Assembly: GCA_965248265.1 (NCBI GenBank)
Contig: CBDFJF010000002.1
Coordinates: forward strand, 2,848,001-2,912,000
Direction: 5' to 3'
DNA from: Candidatus Latescibacterota bacterium
Lineage (GTDB): Bacteria > Latescibacterota > UBA2968 > UBA8231
Length of the DNA: 64,000 bases
Shown here: piece after piece, positions 56,243 to 64,000 of the stretch
Layout of the letters: every line of letters starts with the position of its first letter
Numbering within the stretch: position 1 is the stretch's first letter
Translations under genes and position numbers: made by a program
Notes under the pieces: model-generated
Databases searched by the model: none
What the model was told of the DNA's origin: nothing
Seen by the model: the letters and a program-made list of their open reading frames with translations, nothing else

Positions 56243-56617
56243 GTGATCTGCCTGGACACCAATTACCTCATTCTGGGATTGGTGCCTGACAGCAGGGAGG
56301 CAGAAGAGCTCATTGAATGGAGCGAAGAAGGGGAGCGTTTCTGCACTTCGTCGACGAGCTGGTACGAGTTTCTATGTGGTCCCGTAGATACCACGCAGGT
56401 ATCGACCATGCGGGGGGTGCTGGAGAGTGTCCTGCCATTCGGTACACCCCAGGCGGAAGAGGCAGCAAGACTGTACAACGCCACCGGGCGCACGCGCCGA
56501 CTCAGAGTGGATGCCATGATCGCCTCCGCAGCCACCACCAACAACGTCCCACTGGCCACCAACAACCGTGAAGACTTCGAGACTTTCGTGCCTTTTGGGC
56601 TTAGGTTGCTGGACTGA
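56243..56617 (+). CDS. vapC: PIN-domain toxin (VapC family)
   Basis: ICLDTNYLI, WYEFLCG, DAMIASA, LATNNREDF. Confidence 0.92.
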   Translation: MICLDTNYLILGLVPDSREAEELIEWSEEGERFCTSSTSWYEFLCGPVDTTQVSTMRGVLESVLPFGTPQAEEAARLYNATGRTRRLRVDAMIASAATTNNVPLATNNREDFETFVPFGLRLLD

Positions 56618-56644
56618 ACTTCCTCAACTCTCCGGAGATCCCCA

Positions 56645-58210
56645 ATGAAAAAGCCGCGTCTGATCTACTACAACGACGCCCATCATTTCCACGGCAAGCG
56701 CGTCGAGCCGCCGGCCAGCATCCACATGCTGCAGTGGCCGGTCGACGAAGTGGCCGGTACCGGCGCCGATACTCTCGCTCTGGGTCTCGGCTACGCCGAC
56801 GTCTACTTCCATCAGACCAAGATTGGCCGGGTAATCGGTCAGCAGAAGGAAGTGTGGGAGAATTTCATCGACTGGCGCATCATGCGAATGGTCGACGAGG
56901 CTCAGAAGCTGGGTACCGACCAGGTGCGCCAGGTCATCAACCGCGGCAAGGAGCTGGGGGTCAATGTATTTCCCAGCCTCAAGCTGCAGGACGGGTCCGC
57001 GCCGGGTGGAGAGCGCTGCGGCAAGCTCAAGATGGATGAGGGGGAAAAGGTCTGCATAGGTGAGGGCCGCGCCGAGTGGGCCTACGACTATGCCGTGGAC
57101 CTGGTGCGGGAGCACAAGCTCGCCATCATCGAAGAGCTGCTCACTGACTGGGCCCCATATGGTCTCGAACTCGATTTCATGTTCGGCAGCAATTACTTCA
57201 AGGAGGGGGAGAAAAACGCCGCCAAAATCATGACCGGGTTCATGGGCGACATCCGCAAGCTTGCCCGCGAGATCGGCAAGAAGCAGGACCGGGAAATCCC
57301 GATCATGGCCCGGGTGCCTCTGGAGAAGGAGCAATGCCTGGACCTGGCTCTGGACGTGGAGGCGTGGTTTGCCGAGGGCAGCATCGATTACATCGTCGGT
57401 CAGGATGGTTGCGTGCTCAGCGACTCGCAACCCAAGGCGGACTGGTTGCCCAAGGCGGCCAACAAGGCGGGTGGTGCGGCCTACTACAGGCCGCCGCGGC
57501 GGGTCTACGACGAGCGCGTCGGCGTGCCCAGCATCGACATGACCCGGGCCCTGAGCCAAACCCTGCATCAGGGCGGGTATTCGGGGCTCTACCATGGTTA
57601 TATGCGATGGCCGTTGGACGATGCCGAGTACCGCTTTCTGCGCGAGGCGGCCTTTCCCGAAGTCAGCGCCCGCAAGCCCAAGCGCTATCTGTTGCAGCCG
57701 CGCGAAGGGGTGGAGGGTGAAGAGACGTCCACGCCCGACCGGTCATTGCCGATCGAATTGGTCGAAGGCGAGACCGCTAAGGTCAGCATTTGGATCGCCG
57801 ACGACGTCGAGGGAGCCAGGAAGGACAAGGAGATGCGTAAGCCGCTGATGACCCTGCGCTTCAGTTACTTCTGCATCGAGGATGATGTGGAATTCCGCTT
57901 CAATGGCCGGGTGTTGCCGTGGGAGGAAGCGGAGATCACTGACGAGCGTGCCCTGACCATGGCTACCAAGCTGGCAGGCAGCATGAACATCCAGGCTCCG
58001 TTGGGCATGTCTGCTCACTGGTTCCGCTACAAGCTCGAGATCGATGATGTGAAGCAGGGGGAGAACATCATTGAGGCCGAGTGCCGCAAGCATGATAAGC
58101 GCGCCGGGTTTGCGCGCTTCCTGAACGGGGTCGATATCGTCATGCGCTACCGCGACATGGAGCGGCCGGAGGGGCTCGGAGTGCAGCGGATCGAGGCGCC
58201 TCCGGGATGA
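56645..58210 (+). CDS. GHL10-like TIM-barrel protein, tandem paralogue A
   Basis: RLIYYNDA, YDYAVDLVR, GLELDF, LDVEAWFAEG; C-terminal LRF...FNG...GENIIE sandwich. Confidence 0.8.
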   Translation: MKKPRLIYYNDAHHFHGKRVEPPASIHMLQWPVDEVAGTGADTLALGLGYADVYFHQTKIGRVIGQQKEVWENFIDWRIMRMVDEAQKLGTDQVRQVINRGKELGVNVFPSLKLQDGSAPGGERCGKLKMDEGEKVCIGEGRAEWAYDYAVDLVREHKLAIIEELLTDWAPYGLELDFMFGSNYFKEGEKNAAKIMTGFMGDIRKLAREIGKKQDREIPIMARVPLEKEQCLDLALDVEAWFAEGSIDYIVGQDGCVLSDSQPKADWLPKAANKAGGAAYYRPPRRVYDERVGVPSIDMTRALSQTLHQGGYSGLYHGYMRWPLDDAEYRFLREAAFPEVSARKPKRYLLQPREGVEGEETSTPDRSLPIELVEGETAKVSIWIADDVEGARKDKEMRKPLMTLRFSYFCIEDDVEFRFNGRVLPWEEAEITDERALTMATKLAGSMNIQAPLGMSAHWFRYKLEIDDVKQGENIIEAECRKHDKRAGFARFLNGVDIVMRYRDMERPEGLGVQRIEAPPG

Positions 58211-58270
58211 TCTGTTGCACGATATTACCCGGAAGGCCTCAGCACCGAAGCAGCAAGCACTGAGCGAGCC

Positions 58271-59842
58271 ATGAACAAGCCACGTCTGATTTACTACAAC
58301 GACGGCCATCACTTCCACGCCAAGCGCATGGAGCCGCCGGCCAGCATCCACATGCTGCAGTGGCCGGTCGACGAAATCGCCGGCACCGGGGTCGATACCC
58401 TCGTCCTCGGACTCGGCTACGGCGATGTCTTCTTCCACCAGAGCAAGGTCGGCCGCGTCGTCGGCCAACACAAGGAGGTGTGGGAGAACTACATCGACTG
58501 GCGCATCATGCGCATGGTCGACGAGGCTGCCAAACTGGGCACTGACCAGGTGCGGGAGGTCATCAAGCGGGGGAGACAGCTGGGGGTCACGGTGATTCCC
58601 AGTCTCAAGATGCAGGCAGGGCAGGCTCCTGGTGCGCAGCGCTGCGGCAGGCTCAAGTGGGACCAGAAGGAAAAGGTCTGTATCGGCGAAGAGGGTCGAA
58701 ACGAGTGGGCCTATGACTTTGCCCTGGATGTCGTGCGCGAATACAAGCTGGCGCTGGCGGAAGAGATCCTCAGTGACTACGAGGCCGACGGCCTCGAGCT
58801 CGACTTCATGTTCGGCAAGAAATACTTCAAGGACACGGAAGCCGACGCTGCCGGCATCATGAGCCAGTTCATGGCACAGCTGCGCAAACTGTCGCGTGAC
58901 GTGGGTGAAAAACAGAGTCGGGGGGAGATCCCGATCATGGCGCGCATTTGTCTGGAGCGTGAGGACAATCTGGCGATGGGCCTGGACGTGGAAGCCTGGC
59001 TGGCGGATGGCAGTGTCGATTACGTCGTCGGCCAGGACGGCCGCATTCTCAGCGACACCGAGCCCAAGCCGGACTGGCTGCCAAAGGCGGCCAATGCTGC
59101 TGGCGGAGCGGCGTACTACCGGCCACCGCGTCGGGTTTACGACGAACGCGTCGGTCTTCCCAGCATCGACATGAGCCGAGCCCTGAGCCAGACCCTGCGT
59201 CTTGGGGGTTACTCCGGGCTCTACCACGGCTACATGCGCTGGCCGTTGGATGATGCCGAGTACCGGTTCCTGCGTGAGGCGGCCTTTCCTGAGGTCAGTG
59301 CGCGCAAGCCGAAACGATACCTCCTGCAGCCGCGAGAGGGGATCGAAGGGGAGGAGACGTCAACCCCCGACCGGTCATTGCCGATCGAATTGGTCGAGGG
59401 CGATACCGCGAAGGTCAGCATCTGGATCGCCGACGACGTCAAAGGCGCCAAAAAGGACAAGGAGATGCGCAAGCCGCTTTTGACCCTGCGCTTCTGCTAC
59501 TTCTGCATCGAGGATGACATCGAATTCCGTTTCAATGGGCGGGTGCTGCCCTGGGAGGATGCGGAGATCACGGATGAGCGCGCCTTGACCATGGCTACCA
59601 AGCTGGCCGGCAGCATGAACATCCAGGCGCCGCTGGGCATGTCCGCGCACTGGTTCCGCTACAAACTCGAGATCGATGATGTGAAGCAGGGGGAGAACAT
59701 CATCGAGGCCGAGTGCCGCAAGCACGACAAGCGCGCCGGGTTCACGCGCAGTTTGAACGGCGTCGATATCGTGATGCGTTACCGCGATATGGAAAGACCT
59801 GAGGGGTTGTTCATGTCGCACATCGAGGCGCCTCCGGGGTGA
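58271..59842 (+). CDS. GHL10-like TIM-barrel protein, tandem paralogue B
   Basis: Collinear with and highly similar to 56645-58210. Confidence 0.8.
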   Translation: MNKPRLIYYNDGHHFHAKRMEPPASIHMLQWPVDEIAGTGVDTLVLGLGYGDVFFHQSKVGRVVGQHKEVWENYIDWRIMRMVDEAAKLGTDQVREVIKRGRQLGVTVIPSLKMQAGQAPGAQRCGRLKWDQKEKVCIGEEGRNEWAYDFALDVVREYKLALAEEILSDYEADGLELDFMFGKKYFKDTEADAAGIMSQFMAQLRKLSRDVGEKQSRGEIPIMARICLEREDNLAMGLDVEAWLADGSVDYVVGQDGRILSDTEPKPDWLPKAANAAGGAAYYRPPRRVYDERVGLPSIDMSRALSQTLRLGGYSGLYHGYMRWPLDDAEYRFLREAAFPEVSARKPKRYLLQPREGIEGEETSTPDRSLPIELVEGDTAKVSIWIADDVKGAKKDKEMRKPLLTLRFCYFCIEDDIEFRFNGRVLPWEDAEITDERALTMATKLAGSMNIQAPLGMSAHWFRYKLEIDDVKQGENIIEAECRKHDKRAGFTRSLNGVDIVMRYRDMERPEGLFMSHIEAPPG

Positions 59843-59863
59843 GGAGAGTGGCCGACCTGATCT

Positions 59864-60607
59864 TCACCAGGTGAAGGGCAGGTACTCGGAAGGGGAGAAG
59901 CCGTCCTGGAAGTAGATGGCGACGTTGAGTGTTCCCTCGGCGCCATCTTTGAGCGGGATATTGGGAAGGCGGGCGCTGCTGGCATCCCACTCGAAGACAT
60001 TGCTGATCACGTTGCCGCCGAAGGGGAAGAGGAGAACCTTGTACCACATGTCCGGCCGGGTGCCCTCCGGAGGGGTCCACTCGGCGACGAGATCGTCGCC
60101 CTCGCGACGCCAGGTGACGTCGGTTGGAAAGCCGATCGTCTCCGGGACGTAGTCGACTATCTGAGTAAGGACGATCTCCTCGCCTTCATAGTACAGGAAG
60201 CGGTATTCTCCAGCCACCGGCAGGCCGTCATCGGGCGGCCCGTAGAGGACGAAGCGCCGGGTGATCTCACCTGAATAGCTGTTGATGCAAAAATCCTTGT
60301 CGAGCTCGAAGCGACGGCCATCCGGAGCTTCCACGATCACGGCGGTGACCGTCCACAGGAAGCAGGTCTCCAGTTCGTCAGACTCCACATTGGTGCAGTT
60401 GCTCTTGAACTCGTAGCTGGGGCCGTCGAAGGCGTTGATGGTCCAGACGTTAGGCCAGACCGGGTCGTTGACGAAGGGGCGCGTCTCCGGCTGCGGTCCA
60501 TTGGGGGATCCGTTGGGATCTCCGCTGTGGTCCTCGTCGCCGCAGGCGATCATGTTGGCCATGCCGGCGACCAGCAGGATCCAGGTCAGTGATCCATTCT
60601 TCGCCAT
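59864..60607 (-). CDS. Hypothetical lipoprotein
   Basis: SD GGAG; MAKNGSLTWILLVAGMANMIAC, Pro/Gly linker, beta-rich body. Confidence 0.7.
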   Translation of the reverse strand: MAKNGSLTWILLVAGMANMIACGDEDHSGDPNGSPNGPQPETRPFVNDPVWPNVWTINAFDGPSYEFKSNCTNVESDELETCFLWTVTAVIVEAPDGRRFELDKDFCINSYSGEITRRFVLYGPPDDGLPVAGEYRFLYYEGEEIVLTQIVDYVPETIGFPTDVTWRREGDDLVAEWTPPEGTRPDMWYKVLLFPFGGNVISNVFEWDASSARLPNIPLKDGAEGTLNVAIYFQDGFSPSEYLPFTW

Positions 60608-60721
60608 CGAAGTTACGCTCCATCTTCGCTTCGGTGCAGGGGTCGTTCTAATATATCGGCCCGGGTTCGAGGCAAGAGTGTAACCGGGGTCACACAAGCC
60701 GAAGTTGGTGGACTATACCGT

Positions 60722-61321
60722 ATGAAAAAGGTCGTGTTGATCGGAGATTGTATCCGGAGAAGCTACCAGCCTACCGTGCAGGAGGAGCTTGCGGAGGTGG
60801 CCGAGGTCTGGGGGCCAGTGGAGACCATCAAGACGACACGCGATGTACTTGAGCAACTGGACGAGTGGGTGCTGACACCTGAGCTGGATCTATTCCACTT
60901 CAACTGTGGTCTTCACGAGATTCGGCGGTTCAAACCGGAGGATCCGCAGCGGGTGCCGCTGCCGGAGTTCAGACAGAATCTCGACCAGATATTCGGCCGG
61001 ATCAGGACGAACACGGCAACCTCAATCACGTGGGCGCACACCACGCCGATCTTCCACGAGTGGCGTGACAAGCTCAACTCCTTCGGACGCAAGGAGACCG
61101 ACGTGCTCGAATACAATGCGGCGGCAGTCGAAGTCGCCGATCGCTACTGTGTGCCTATCGTCGACCTGCACCGTGTAACGGTCGAGAATGGTATGGAGCG
61201 GTACATGGCGCGCAATGGCCTGCATTTCACGCCGGAAGGCTACGTGCTTCTCGGGAAGGCTGTCGCAGATGTGATCAGGCAGGAGCTCGAGGGTTCGGAC
61301 CACGGTTCTGGTTCGGCCTGA
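60722..61321 (+). CDS. SGNH/GDSL hydrolase-like protein with atypical catalytic motifs
   Basis: LIGDCI (usually GDSI), FNCGLHE, TTP, NGLHF (usually DGxH). Confidence 0.8.
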   Translation: MKKVVLIGDCIRRSYQPTVQEELAEVAEVWGPVETIKTTRDVLEQLDEWVLTPELDLFHFNCGLHEIRRFKPEDPQRVPLPEFRQNLDQIFGRIRTNTATSITWAHTTPIFHEWRDKLNSFGRKETDVLEYNAAAVEVADRYCVPIVDLHRVTVENGMERYMARNGLHFTPEGYVLLGKAVADVIRQELEGSDHGSGSA

Positions 61322-61345
61322 GGTGCCAATCCCGACGTCGGCCAA

Positions 61346-64000
61346 TCACTTTTCGGCGATCAGCTTCACCGGCTTCCAGATTCCTCCGCCCCACGGGCCG
61401 TAGTCGACGACGCGGACGGCGATGGTATTGTCCCGCCCGGCTTCAAGAACCTCGCTGACGTCGATGAGGAATCGCTTCTTCCACGGATCACCTGGTGCAT
61501 ACGCCCAGCCGTCCATGTTGTGCTGGCCGGCGAGCTGGCCGTTGACGTAAACCTCTGCACCATGAGCGACGGCCCCGAAGGCGAGGTGGATCTTCTTGCC
61601 CGCAGGGAGGATCGGTGCGCGGAGGGTCTGGCGATACCAGCCGTAACCGTCGTACGCACGGTACCCATGGTTGTCCCACGGCAGCCCCGAGTCGATGAGT
61701 GACCAGGTGCTGTCGTCGAGCTCGGGATCGGACCAGCCGTCCTGGAGACCGAGATTTCTCCAGTCGGCCCGGAACCGCCAGCGGCTCGACAGCTCCGCCA
61801 CCGGTAAGTTATCGTCCCACAGGTCGCCGAAGGTCGCTTCCTCATCATACGCGTCGAAGGGCAGTTCGTGGGAGCTCCCGGCACTGTCCGGTACGGTCGC
61901 GATGTCCGTGCGACGGAAGTTCGTTTTCGCGTCGTCTTCCCGGAGCGCGAGGTAGGGGTCGGGGTTGCGCAATGGGGGAGGATGGGGCTGCGGGTGACGG
62001 GCAGAAACAATGGCGTCCCGGTACTCCTGGGAAATGAAGGTCTCGTGTTCGCCCTTGTCCCACCAGTCGCATCTGCCGTTGTAGACCCACACGTATTCGT
62101 CCGAGTGCCTGAGCGCCTGGTGGAGGGCGTACTCGAATTCGGCGGGCGTGTAGTAGTTGCCTCCGCTCTCCGATGAGAACTCGAAGCGCTGCACCGGTCC
62201 GAGAAAGAGGGCAAATCCGACCCGGAAATGTTCATCGAACTTCTCTTCCGGAGCGCGGCTGACCTGGCGTAGCGTCTGTTTGGCGAAACGGCGGGCTGAC
62301 GAGAACGAGACGGCGGCGCGGTAGTCGAGGCCCATCAGGCCGGTGATCTTTGCCTTACCCGTGGATTCGGACAACAGGCCGTCGACGAATGCCCGCAGCA
62401 AGGCGAAATGGGCGTCGTCGTCGGATGATCCGCGCGATTCGGCGGGGCCGTTGATGAAGGCGATATGGATGTCGGGGTGCACTTCGTTGATCGCACGCAT
62501 GATCTGGGCGCCGCGCAGGAAGGTCTGCTCGGCATATTCGCGGGCACTCTTCGTGCTCTCGTACTTCAGTCCTCTATAGGACCACAAGTTAGTGGCGTAC
62601 CAGGCAGAGTCGGAGAACAGGATACCGGCCAGACCGGTCTGTCTGCAGAAATCGGCAGTGACCTTCCAGTTGTCGATGACGAAGTCGAATTCCTCATCGA
62701 ACCAGTCAGGCGGATCAAGCCGCTTGTTTCCGGTAGTCAGATAGGCCAGCAGGAAGTTATCCGTGAACTGCTTTGTCTTGGCCTGGGCGGCTCTCAGCTC
62801 CGTAATGCCAACGGCTGTGTCGTCGATTCTATCCCCGTTGTCGCGGAAGAGCCGGCCGATCGACTCGGTCTTGATACCATCCTCGTGGTGGAGCGCCGGG
62901 TAGAGGGTCGTGCCGTCGAAGGCCACTATCTCTTCCAACCACTCGACGTCCTGGCGGAATCTGCGAATGTTGCGGGACCCGCCGCCGAACATGATGATCT
63001 TCTTCGAGTCGCTGATCGGACCGCTTTCGGTGACAATTTCACTCGTCGCCCGCTGCGGCGTGACATAGGCGGGCAGGTTGCGGCGCGTCGGCAGCTCGGG
63101 GACGCGACGGCGAACCGATTTCAGTACATCCCTGTATGGCTGGGAGATGTAAATACCTCCCTCTTCATCCCACCACCTGCACTTGCCCTCGGTATAGACC
63201 CAGACGTACTCGTCTGTGTGCTGGATTGCCTGGTACAGGGAGTACTCGAATTCCTCGGGGGTGTAGTAGTAGACCTCCGCCTCCCCACGCAGCAGGCCCT
63301 CGGTGTTTTCATGGTTGTCGGCAAAGCCGTAATTCTCGTAGCCTCCGATGTAGAAGGGGAAAGCGGCGCGGAAATGCCTGTCGAACTGCGCGGGGACGCG
63401 GCTGAGGTCGCGCATCTCCTCTTTCATGATGTGGCGGGCGGCGGCGAAGTCGGAAGGAGAGCGAAGTCCGTAGGCCTTCTCGTACCCGTCGATGATCTGA
63501 GCCTCGCCCGTGGACTCCGAAAGCAGTCCGTCGAAGAACGCGCGCATGAGTCCGTAGACGGAGTCGGGGTCACCGAGCCGATCACCGCGTCCCTCGCCTG
63601 GACCGTGGAGGGAGATGATCTTGATGTCCGGGTAGACCTCATTGATCGTCCGCATGATCTGGGCCCCGCGCAGGAACGCCTGATCAGCGTACTCCTTTGC
63701 GCTCTTAATGTCGTGATACTTGAGCCCCTTGCCCCGGTAGGTCCACAGGTTCGCGCCGTAGTAGACCTCGTCGTCGAACATGAGTCCCTCGAGGCCGCCC
63801 TGCTTGCAGAACTGGGCGGCGACCTGCCAGTTGTGGATGACCGCATCGAATTCGGGGTCGAACCAATCGGGAGGATCGACAGTGACGTCGCCGGTGGTCA
63901 GGTAGGAGAGCAGGAAGTTGTGCTTGAAGCGGGTGGCTTTGGCCTCAACGGCCTGCAGGTCGGCGATGGACTGGCTGAAGTCCTCGATACGATACCGGTT
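61346..64000 (-). CDS. Large multi-module glycoside-hydrolase-like protein (5' end outside window)
   Basis: Frame is open to the window end. Two homologous modules (NFLLxYLTTG...PPDWFD...YVWVY) plus a GH2-type sugar-binding jelly roll (YDGYGWYR...VYVNG...GGIWKPV). Confidence 0.85.
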   Translation of the reverse strand, partial: NRYRIEDFSQSIADLQAVEAKATRFKHNFLLSYLTTGDVTVDPPDWFDPEFDAVIHNWQVAAQFCKQGGLEGLMFDDEVYYGANLWTYRGKGLKYHDIKSAKEYADQAFLRGAQIMRTINEVYPDIKIISLHGPGEGRGDRLGDPDSVYGLMRAFFDGLLSESTGEAQIIDGYEKAYGLRSPSDFAAARHIMKEEMRDLSRVPAQFDRHFRAAFPFYIGGYENYGFADNHENTEGLLRGEAEVYYYTPEEFEYSLYQAIQHTDEYVWVYTEGKCRWWDEEGGIYISQPYRDVLKSVRRRVPELPTRRNLPAYVTPQRATSEIVTESGPISDSKKIIMFGGGSRNIRRFRQDVEWLEEIVAFDGTTLYPALHHEDGIKTESIGRLFRDNGDRIDDTAVGITELRAAQAKTKQFTDNFLLAYLTTGNKRLDPPDWFDEEFDFVIDNWKVTADFCRQTGLAGILFSDSAWYATNLWSYRGLKYESTKSAREYAEQTFLRGAQIMRAINEVHPDIHIAFINGPAESRGSSDDDAHFALLRAFVDGLLSESTGKAKITGLMGLDYRAAVSFSSARRFAKQTLRQVSRAPEEKFDEHFRVGFALFLGPVQRFEFSSESGGNYYTPAEFEYALHQALRHSDEYVWVYNGRCDWWDKGEHETFISQEYRDAIVSARHPQPHPPPLRNPDPYLALREDDAKTNFRRTDIATVPDSAGSSHELPFDAYDEEATFGDLWDDNLPVAELSSRWRFRADWRNLGLQDGWSDPELDDSTWSLIDSGLPWDNHGYRAYDGYGWYRQTLRAPILPAGKKIHLAFGAVAHGAEVYVNGQLAGQHNMDGWAYAPGDPWKKRFLIDVSEVLEAGRDNTIAVRVVDYGPWGGGIWKPVKLIAEK

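Noticed and set aside
57743-59227. 494-aa antisense ORF (and similar long shadow ORFs)
   Set aside because: Mirror of strongly codon-biased GC-rich genes on the opposite strand; no independent motifs.
1-64000. CRISPR array, rRNA or tRNA genes
   Set aside because: No regularly spaced short repeats and no recognisable structural-RNA motifs seen by eye; a covariance-model scan was not possible.

Overview
GC-rich bacterial chromosomal window. The gene set suggests an FCB-superphylum organism such as Ca. Latescibacterota; this is inference from porU/porZ, dockerin-like DxxxDGxVxFxDF repeats and expanded PhyH, BNR, AKR and GHL10-like families. Most of the window is catabolic paralogues: sialidase-like BNR proteins, GHL10-like TIM barrels, aldo/keto reductases, xylose-isomerase-like barrels, four PhyH dioxygenases, SGNH and alpha/beta hydrolases, and an M81 peptidase. 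It also holds five toxin-antitoxin-type modules, one intact IS630 with a -1 frameshift signal, an AT-richer island (LTA-synthase-like sulfatase plus membrane spermidine-synthase fusion) and about a dozen gene relics joined by deletions. Best leads: (1) two different TA modules each abutting a copy of the same NtrC/Fis-HTH 3' end; (2) a PorU sortase with Ser at the catalytic Cys position; (3) an orphan single-ring-motif mini-FliF next to a protein that shares its TM helix; (4) a perfect sigma54 promoter in front of an unannotated 34-46 aa membrane peptide; (5) a two-module glycoside-hydrolase-like protein whose second module has lost its acidic residues. I saw no rRNA, tRNA or CRISPR array. All family calls are by motif recognition, not database search.
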